From positions 2,016,001-2,080,000 of the forward strand of contig CBDBCY010000004.1 of NCBI GenBank assembly GCA_965203555.1: a stretch of 64,000 nt of DNA. The letters run 5' to 3'. Source of the DNA: Acidimicrobiia bacterium. Lineage in GTDB: Bacteria > Actinomycetota > Acidimicrobiia > Spongiisociales > ZC4RG35. A program made the translations under genes and the position numbers. Shown one piece after another: positions 57,070 through 64,000 of this stretch; position 1 is the first letter of the stretch, and every line of letters starts with the position of its first letter. The notes beneath the pieces are model-generated. The model was not told where the DNA came from and ran no database searches. It was given only the letters and a program-made list of their open reading frames with translations.

Positions 57070-59313
57070 TTACGGTTGGTTGGCGGCCCCAGGGGTGGGG
57101 TTGTCAACGGTTTGAAAGTCGCCGGTGGCGTCGGGCAGGCGGGCGTAGCTGTGATCCGCGGGAGATTGGCCTTCGCTCCAGTCGACACTGGAGACGAGGG
57201 CGCCGTCCAGCAGCCAGATTCCCAGTTCCTCGTCTCCGCCCAAGGCGAAGCCGGGCCAGCCGTCCTTGTCCAACCTGAACTGCACGTACCCGCCCGGTTG
57301 GATGCTGGCGCCGACCGGGAAGGAGACCCGCTTGGCGGCGTCGGTGAGGCTGTCGGCCACCACAAAGCCGTCGAGCGACACCGGATGGGACAGCGGGTTG
57401 TGCAACTCGAACCAGTCCAGGGGGTCACCCTTGGCAGCCACCTCGTTGATGACCAGGCCGACCTGCGGAGGAGGGTCGGGGTCCGGTGCCTGCGGGACGT
57501 CGCCACCGGTCGACGGCGGACGCCCGAAAACGCCGGAGAAGGCGCCGGCCACCGTGGAGCCGGGCGTCGTCCCCGCCTTCGACAGTTCCAGTGTGCCCTC
57601 GGTGAAGGGCGAGAAGGCGTCCGGCGCCGCGGCTCCAGCCGGGATGGACCACGTCCCCCCGGCGATGGCGTCCTCGCCAATGAGCAGCCTGGCGCCCTCG
57701 GCCAAGCGATCGAGGTCCATGGTCAGCGTCATTCCGGTGAGGGAACCGTCGTCGTTGAACCTGATGACGGTGACGGACCCGGGCCTATCGACGTCCGGTA
57801 GCAGGCTGCTCTCCTCCGGGCTGGAGTGGCCGGCCAGAACTGCCATGCCCTCCCCCGAATCCTCGGAGCCGTTCAGCAGCAGGTTGCTGATCGTCCCCTC
57901 CCCCCAAGGCTCGGAACTCAGGTTGCTTCCCCAAGTCGTCTCGAAGACGATTTCCAGGGTGCCCGACCCGGCGTCCGGCGGGGCGGATGTCTCCGACTCG
58001 GGCCACTCGGGCGGACTGGGTATGAGGTCCGCCAGTATCTCGCCTCTCCGCTTCAGGATGAACTTGCGCACCCGCTCCGTGTCGGCGGAGGCCTCCTCTC
58101 TGGCCTCCGGTAGAGCGTGCCGCTGCACGATGGCGGCCATTTGGTCCACAACGGCCAGCAGTTCCTCCTCGTTCCAGGCGATGCCCAGGATCTCCTCCAG
58201 GCGGGCGGTGTATTTGCCCCGCCAATCGGGATGGTTGTAAAGGCGGTTGGGGATGGCCGTGAGGGCCAGCACCGACGGGGGCGGGTCGCTGATGTTGTCG
58301 AAGGGATTGGGGTCGTCCTTCAGGTGGAAGGTGTCGTCGACGCCCCACGGTATGAACACGAACGGCCCGTCTGGCTCACGGTAGAAGTGATAGTTGTTGC
58401 GGTTGCCGGCGTACCCGTCCCAGTGTCCCACCAGCACCTCCGTCGCCCAAAAGGAGAGGAACCGGTCCAGGTCCGCGATCTCGCCCAGCGCCTCCAGGCC
58501 GGCGTCGGACGGGTCCTGCAGGGCTGCCACCACCGCGTCTATGTCCGACCAGTCGGCAACGTCTTCGTTGGTCTTCTTCTCGATGGTGCCGCGAAACTCC
58601 GGCGTGAAGTCGCTTACCGTGCCTTCGTACAGGTTGCCCTCGGCGCTATCGAAGTGCCGGGACAGAAACGGCGCCTTGATTTCTTCGACATGGACGTACA
58701 GTCCCAGATCCTTCCCGTTCACCGACACGGTGGCGAAGTTGCAGCGCGGCGCGGGAATACCGGCGGCGGCGAACACCCGGTACGACAGGCAGGTGTTGAC
58801 CATGGAGGGGTCCTGGATGCTGTTGTTCAGGGTCATCCGCTTCATGATCCCGCCGAGGGACCGGCCGTCCACGTACTTGTCGAACCGCAGCTTCAGGGAC
58901 GGCTTGGTGTCGCTCTGGGAGCCGACGAACCCCTTCTTGCGAATCCCGATGTCGGTGTGGGTCTCGCCGTCCACGGTGACGGTGCCGGAAAACCAGGTGT
59001 AGATATCGGCAAAGGGCCGGGAGAGGCCGAATTCCTCGATCTCCGCCATCACGTCCTCCAGCGTCCGGGTCTGGTGGCGCAGGGTGTCCCAGTCCTCGCC
59101 GGCGATTTCGATGCTGATGTCCAGCACGCGGTCCAGGGCGAAGTAGGCATCGCCGGGGAAGGTGGTGGTGGCGCCAGAGGTGGTGGTGTCGGAGGTGTCC
59201 GCCACCGTTGAGGTGGTACCGGCAGGGGATACGTCGGCGTCGTCGGTCTCGTCCCCGCAGGCAACCGCAATCATCACGGCCGCCGCCAGCACCATGGTTA
59301 GTCGCCGGTACAC
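57070..59313 (-). CDS. CotH kinase-family lipoprotein with C-terminal lamin-tail domain
   Basis: IAVAC lipobox, IRKKG, KPSLKLRFDK, GLYVHVE, HWDGY...NNY, FIPWGVD. LTD motifs VINEV...DWFELHN...SYAR.PD...TPGAAN. Start uncertain. Confidence 0.85.
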   Translation of the reverse strand: MYRRLTMVLAAAVMIAVACGDETDDADVSPAGTTSTVADTSDTTTSGATTTFPGDAYFALDRVLDISIEIAGEDWDTLRHQTRTLEDVMAEIEEFGLSRPFADIYTWFSGTVTVDGETHTDIGIRKKGFVGSQSDTKPSLKLRFDKYVDGRSLGGIMKRMTLNNSIQDPSMVNTCLSYRVFAAAGIPAPRCNFATVSVNGKDLGLYVHVEEIKAPFLSRHFDSAEGNLYEGTVSDFTPEFRGTIEKKTNEDVADWSDIDAVVAALQDPSDAGLEALGEIADLDRFLSFWATEVLVGHWDGYAGNRNNYHFYREPDGPFVFIPWGVDDTFHLKDDPNPFDNISDPPPSVLALTAIPNRLYNHPDWRGKYTARLEEILGIAWNEEELLAVVDQMAAIVQRHALPEAREEASADTERVRKFILKRRGEILADLIPSPPEWPESETSAPPDAGSGTLEIVFETTWGSNLSSEPWGEGTISNLLLNGSEDSGEGMAVLAGHSSPEESSLLPDVDRPGSVTVIRFNDDGSLTGMTLTMDLDRLAEGARLLIGEDAIAGGTWSIPAGAAAPDAFSPFTEGTLELSKAGTTPGSTVAGAFSGVFGRPPSTGGDVPQAPDPDPPPQVGLVINEVAAKGDPLDWFELHNPLSHPVSLDGFVVADSLTDAAKRVSFPVGASIQPGGYVQFRLDKDGWPGFALGGDEELGIWLLDGALVSSVDWSEGQSPADHSYARLPDATGDFQTVDNPTPGAANQP

Positions 59314-59445
59314 AATCCTCAGGGTATCGGACCACGGTCCCAACCAGGTTATCCGGCCCGAAGCCGGACTCCGACCCGGGTTCGGCTCACCGCACGGCGC
59401 CCGGGGGAGCAGCTACCGGGGGACCCAGCTTTCAGAATAAGGGTC

Positions 59446-60306
59446 TTACCCCGAGTCGGCCAGGGCCTGGCGGATCTGGTCGCGGACGTAGATCGTCTCG
59501 CACAGGTTGTCGACCCTGTCGCAGCCCCACTTCTGCATCCACACGTACTCGGCGGCTATGAAGCCCTCATAGCCCTGATCGACCAGCCGACGAACCAGAC
59601 GTTGGATGTCGATCGTTCCCTCATAGGAGATGGCCTGCATCACTTCCGGCGCCGCCTGGCGGACCTGGTGGTGCCTCGAGATCGGCAAGAGGGTCTCGAT
59701 GCGCTCCTGGGAGATGCCCTGGTAGACGAAGTGGGCAAAGTCGAGGCAGACCTTCAGGCCTGGGACCTCTGCGACGAGTTGAGCCGTTACCTCGGGAGTC
59801 TCGGTGATGGAGCCGATGTGCGGCTCGAAACCCAGTTCCAGCCCTGCGTCCTGTGCCACCTCCACCCGCCAGGCCAGCTCCTCCACCGCCAAGTCCCAGT
59901 CGCGGGCTGGATCGCGATCCTGGAATGGACAGCCCGGCAGGATGGTCAATCCCGGAGACTCCAGCACCAGGGTGAACTCGATGAAGCGGCGGAAGTCCTC
60001 TCGGGCCTTGTCGCGAACCTCGGCGGACGGATTGTTCGGCGCCGCCGACTGCACGTCGAACACTGGCCTGAAGTCGGTGATCACGATGGGAAAGACGTCC
60101 GCCACCGCCAACCCGTGATCGTCGGCCATCGCCTTTATCCGTCGGCCGACGCCGGTGGGATCGGCGATGACGTCCTCGGCGGAATTGTTGGGATTTCCCG
60201 AGAAGACGGCAACGTCCACCGCGTCGAACTCCAGTCCCTTGATCAGGGCAAGGTTCACGTTGTACGGCAGGAGCGGGAAGGAATAGTCGGCGCAGGAAAG
60301 CCGCAT
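59446..60306 (-). CDS. Sugar phosphate isomerase/epimerase (xylose isomerase-like TIM barrel)
   Basis: Metal-ligand pattern FEPH, LDFAH, HQVR, GYEGFIAAEY. SD AAAGGA. Confidence 0.82.
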   Translation of the reverse strand: MRLSCADYSFPLLPYNVNLALIKGLEFDAVDVAVFSGNPNNSAEDVIADPTGVGRRIKAMADDHGLAVADVFPIVITDFRPVFDVQSAAPNNPSAEVRDKAREDFRRFIEFTLVLESPGLTILPGCPFQDRDPARDWDLAVEELAWRVEVAQDAGLELGFEPHIGSITETPEVTAQLVAEVPGLKVCLDFAHFVYQGISQERIETLLPISRHHQVRQAAPEVMQAISYEGTIDIQRLVRRLVDQGYEGFIAAEYVWMQKWGCDRVDNLCETIYVRDQIRQALADSG

Positions 60307-60362
60307 GGCAGTCGTTCCTTTCGTCATCGGGATGTAGCGTGCTATTAAAGTTAGGCCGACCG

Positions 60363-61781
60363 ATGAGTCGCCCCTCCCCAGACCGCCCACCTCGTATCGG
60401 CCAGTTGTCGGTTTACTTCGGACTCTTCGACGCGGCGATGCCCCCCGAGTTCCGCCGCGACCGGGAAGCACTGGCAAACCGCTTCACCGAGTTCCTTTCC
60501 GCCGGCGGGGACGTTGTCTTTCCCGGTCTGGTGGACTCCGAGGAAGCGGGACGCCGGGCGAATGACGTGTTTGCCGCCGAGCAGGTGGACGTGGTGGTGT
60601 TCGTTCCGGCCATGGCTGCCCCGCCCAGCTACGGCTGGGAGGCCATCTCCGGTCTGGGCATCCCGGTCATCTCGGTGGCGGCCCAGGAGCTCACCTCGAT
60701 ACCCGATGTGTACACCACCGAGGAGGGGACGCAGCGGAGCACCCTGGTGGGCCTGGTGATGTTCACCAACGTCATGGCCCGGGAGGGAAAGCCCATGGTG
60801 ACATTGGTGGGGCGGTTGGAGTCGGAGGAATTCGCCGCGGAGGTGGCGCAGACCGTACGGGCGGCCGCCCTGGCGAAACGCCTGCAAGGTGCGCGGGTGG
60901 GCGCCATCGGGGCTCCGATCGGGGGGTATCTGGACGTGGAGGCCACCCCCGAGGAAGTCGACGGCTTGGGATTGGAGATGGTCTCGATATCGAGGGAGGA
61001 ACTGAACGCGGCTTTTGCCGGAGCATCCCAGGAGAGCGTTGGGGAACTCGTTGACGGTCTGCGGGACAGATTCGATACCGACCGGACTCCCGACGAGACC
61101 CTTCAGCGGTCCGCCCGGCTGGCCGTAGCCCTTCGGGACATCTGCGAACGAAACGACCTGGTGGGGGGGACGGTGAACTGCCACGGCGACATGTTCCGCT
61201 GGAACCCGGAGGTGGGGATCACGGCCTGTCTGGGGGTGACCTGTCTGACCGAGGCGGGAACGCCCCTTTCCTGCACCGGCGACCTTCCCGCCGGTATCGC
61301 CCTGGTGATCGGGAAGGCCGTGGCGGGAGGGTCCCTGTACTGCGAGGTCTACGGGGTCGACTTCGAAGGAGACTGGGTGCTGCTGGCCAACGGCGGCGAG
61401 AGCGATGTCTCGATGGCCGATACATCCCGGCCGATCACCCTCCTGCCCGAGGACCACTACATGGGTGAGCAGGGTCCGGGCACCGCCATCGTGTTCTCCC
61501 TGCCCACCGGGCCCGCCACCCTGCTGAGCATGTCTCCCATCGCGGGGGCCGAGGGAGGTTGGGCGTTGGTGGTGGGCGAGGGGGAGATCATCGGTTCGCG
61601 GCACGAGTCGATCGAGGGCCCCAACGGGATGTTCCGCTTCTCCTCGGGTCCTGCGTCCGAGGCCTTCCAGCGGTTCTGCAACGCCGGCGCCACTCATCAC
61701 AGCGCCCTGACCCCCGGCCACCACCTCCGGACGCTTCGGATGATGGCGGAGTGGATAGGCTTCGAGGTCCGGGCGGTCTGA
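60363..61781 (+). CDS. L-fucose/L-arabinose isomerase family protein
   Basis: GTVNCH, ACLG, SCTGD, GATHHSAL.PGH; overall layout of FucI/AraA-like proteins. Confidence 0.72.
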   Translation: MSRPSPDRPPRIGQLSVYFGLFDAAMPPEFRRDREALANRFTEFLSAGGDVVFPGLVDSEEAGRRANDVFAAEQVDVVVFVPAMAAPPSYGWEAISGLGIPVISVAAQELTSIPDVYTTEEGTQRSTLVGLVMFTNVMAREGKPMVTLVGRLESEEFAAEVAQTVRAAALAKRLQGARVGAIGAPIGGYLDVEATPEEVDGLGLEMVSISREELNAAFAGASQESVGELVDGLRDRFDTDRTPDETLQRSARLAVALRDICERNDLVGGTVNCHGDMFRWNPEVGITACLGVTCLTEAGTPLSCTGDLPAGIALVIGKAVAGGSLYCEVYGVDFEGDWVLLANGGESDVSMADTSRPITLLPEDHYMGEQGPGTAIVFSLPTGPATLLSMSPIAGAEGGWALVVGEGEIIGSRHESIEGPNGMFRFSSGPASEAFQRFCNAGATHHSALTPGHHLRTLRMMAEWIGFEVRAV

Positions 61782-61920
61782 TACCGGCCTCTGCCCGGGG
61801 ACTCTCCCCGCCAATTAACTCTCTTCCCCACCGAAGCGCCGGAGGGTCTGTGCTCTACCATTACCTAATAGGGTTTTCTTGCAGAAGCAGGGGCTGAGAG
61901 GTCCCGGAACAGGAGAAGTG

Positions 61921-63045
61921 ATGCGCATATCCAAAGTAACTCCAATCTCGGTCGCCTATCCCGAGCCCAACGATTCGGGCGCCACCCGGCACCTCACCTT
62001 TTGCCGGATCGAGACCACCGATGGGACCGTGGGCTGGGGAGAGGCCATAACCATGTGGCCGGAGGCGTGCCGGGCCACCGAGCAGATCATCTCAGGGATG
62101 GGAGATCTCATCGTGGGAAGAGACGTGGCCGACAACATCGCCATCTGGCGGGAGTTGCGCAAACACGCCTGGTGGTATGGATATCGCGGCGGGATTTCTC
62201 ACTTCGCCCTCTCGGCGATCGACCTGGCCCTGTGGGACCTGAAGGGGAAGGACCTGGGACAGTCGGTTCTCAAGATGATGGGCGGGCCCGTCCGGGAGTC
62301 GCTGCCGGCCATTGCCAGCACGCACGCCTTCCTGACCATGGACGAGGAGATCGAAAAACACGGACGGTGGGTGCAGGAAGACGGTTACCGGGGGGTGAAG
62401 ATCGGATTGGGCAAGGCGGGGATAACCCGCCTGGGTTACGACGCCAACCGGGACATCGAATTCATGCGCCGTCTCCGGGAGGCGGTGGGCCCCGACGCCT
62501 GGATCATGCTGGACCGCGGCGTCAATTGCACCTGGGACCTGGAACACGCCATCCGACTGATCAACGCATGGGAAGAGTACGGATTGCGGTGGATGGAGGA
62601 GCCCTTCGAGCCCCGCGAATACATCAACTACCAGAGACTCCGAGTCGCCGTGAACACCATGCTGGCCTGGGGAGAGCGGGAGTGGGACGAGGACGGCTAC
62701 CGCGAGGTGATCGGCACCGGCAACGCCGACGTGTTGGGAGTCGACCCCGGTCGCGTCGGGGGGATCACCGGCGCCCTGCGGATCATTCGCCTGGTGGAAG
62801 ACGCAGGAGTGTGGTTCAACGCCCATGCGTGGAGCGGCGCACCGGTGACCGCCGCCAGCCTGGCGCTGTCGTTCAGCACGAACCGATGCCTGCTGTTCGA
62901 GTTCAAGCCCATCGAGAACCCGATGCAGCATGAACTGGTCACCAACCCCTTCGTCCATGATCGGGGCACCGTCGGCATCCCGCCGGAGCGACCCGGTCTG
63001 GGCATCGACGTGCAGGAGAAAGTGATCCAAAAGTATCGGCTGTGA
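61921..63045 (+). CDS. Mandelate racemase/muconate lactonising enzyme (enolase superfamily), probable sugar-acid dehydratase
   Basis: GTVGWGE, SAIDLALWDLKGK, MLD, WMEEP, WGE, NAH, PGLGID. Confidence 0.88.
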   Translation: MRISKVTPISVAYPEPNDSGATRHLTFCRIETTDGTVGWGEAITMWPEACRATEQIISGMGDLIVGRDVADNIAIWRELRKHAWWYGYRGGISHFALSAIDLALWDLKGKDLGQSVLKMMGGPVRESLPAIASTHAFLTMDEEIEKHGRWVQEDGYRGVKIGLGKAGITRLGYDANRDIEFMRRLREAVGPDAWIMLDRGVNCTWDLEHAIRLINAWEEYGLRWMEEPFEPREYINYQRLRVAVNTMLAWGEREWDEDGYREVIGTGNADVLGVDPGRVGGITGALRIIRLVEDAGVWFNAHAWSGAPVTAASLALSFSTNRCLLFEFKPIENPMQHELVTNPFVHDRGTVGIPPERPGLGIDVQEKVIQKYRL

Positions 63046-63092
63046 TCTTGGCGGCGTGCTGAGGTTCCGATTGGTTCCAACATGGCGCCGGG

Positions 63093-63953
63093 TCAGGCGC
63101 CGCAGACGACCTCTATGTAGGCGGTGATTTCTCGGAACGTGACCACCCCCAGGGCGCGATTGGTCTCATTGGTGAGCACCAGGTAACGATGGCCCAGCTC
63201 GGCCATGACGCCCAGGGCCTCGCTGATTGGCGTACCGGGGGCGGCGGCGGCGATCTGGTGGTTCATCCAGTCGCCCACGGGCTGGTCCTCAAGGTCCTCC
63301 ACTCGGCAGGCGATCTTCCAGAAAATGTCGTACTCGGTCAACTCGCCGATCACCGCCCCTCGGTGGTTGACCACCGACACCAACCCGGTTTGCGCGGAGA
63401 TCATGGCCTCGATGGCGACAGACAGAGAATCGTCGGCTGTGACCAGCAGCGGCTCGTGGGCGGACAGCCCGGTGAGGTCCACGAAGTGCAGATTGTGCTC
63501 CGGGGACAGGTCGGGGCCCAGGTCGCTTTGGGATTCCAGGAAGGCCGCCGCCATCCGAACCAGGTCATAATGGGTGACGCTGCCCAGAAGGTCGCCGTCG
63601 GGGCTGGTCACGGGCAGGTTCCGGAACCGGTGGGCGTTCATAAGGCGCAGCGCGTCGATGGCCGAGGCGTCGTGGTCGATCACCATCGGGTCAACGGTCA
63701 TGAAGTTGTCAACCGGGGCGTCCCACATGTCGGGAGATCGCACCACATGGTTGGTGATGTCTCGCTCGGTGAAGATCCCGGCCAGCCCGCCTCCGTGGGT
63801 GACCACCGCGCACCCCGTGCGCTGGGCAGCCATGGCCGCCACCACCTTGCGAACCCGGCGGCCGCTGGGAACCAAGACGTTTGACGACAGCTTCATGCGC
63901 GACAGAGGCATTCTTTCGAAGTGCTGCACGATGTTGATGCTTGTCACGGTCAT
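63093..63953 (-). CDS. Four-CBS-domain protein
   Basis: GIFTERD, FRNLPV, GELTEYD, GVVTFRE; two CBS pairs. Confidence 0.85.
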   Translation of the reverse strand: MTVTSINIVQHFERMPLSRMKLSSNVLVPSGRRVRKVVAAMAAQRTGCAVVTHGGGLAGIFTERDITNHVVRSPDMWDAPVDNFMTVDPMVIDHDASAIDALRLMNAHRFRNLPVTSPDGDLLGSVTHYDLVRMAAAFLESQSDLGPDLSPEHNLHFVDLTGLSAHEPLLVTADDSLSVAIEAMISAQTGLVSVVNHRGAVIGELTEYDIFWKIACRVEDLEDQPVGDWMNHQIAAAAPGTPISEALGVMAELGHRYLVLTNETNRALGVVTFREITAYIEVVCGA

Positions 63954-64000
63954 ATCCTCCGTTTCCGGCGACGTTCTCTAGCCTAGCCCGAATTCGCCGT

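Overview
GC-rich bacterial window. The gene content and Thr-rich lipoprotein style suggest an actinobacterium, probably Acidimicrobiia (inference). It starts with argD(partial)-argR-argG-argH, then a DUF433/DUF5615 toxin-antitoxin pair, an Aap/Bzt-type amino-acid ABC transporter with no binding-protein gene, and housekeeping genes (acs, lnt, inositol monophosphatase, M3 peptidase, LiaF-like). Most of the rest is orphan catabolic loci. (i) ROK - M20 deacylase - sugar SBP with an apparently exact ~1 kb internal duplication - permease - YhfX-like PLP enzyme - ATPase - NagB. (ii) A second twin-domain sugar SBP ABC system with an amidohydrolase, SDR, ceramidase-like hydrolase (probable ATT start), E1beta/E1alpha and a lone lipoyl domain. 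(iii) A CUT1 ABC operon bracketed by two paralogous, uncharacterised EthD-like barrel proteins plus an AKR. (iv) Epimerase, isomerase and enolase-family genes. Accessory elements are three paralogous helical lipoproteins interrupted by a MazEF-type module, two DUF1640-like paralogues (one with a heptad VNTR, one frameshifted) around DoxX, a CotH-LTD lipoprotein, and an AlbA_2/HATPase/HTH gene enclosed by two related AT-rich TAA-N5-TTA palindromes. No rRNA, tRNA, CRISPR array, transposase or integrase was recognised. All product calls come from motif recognition by eye; no database searches were run.
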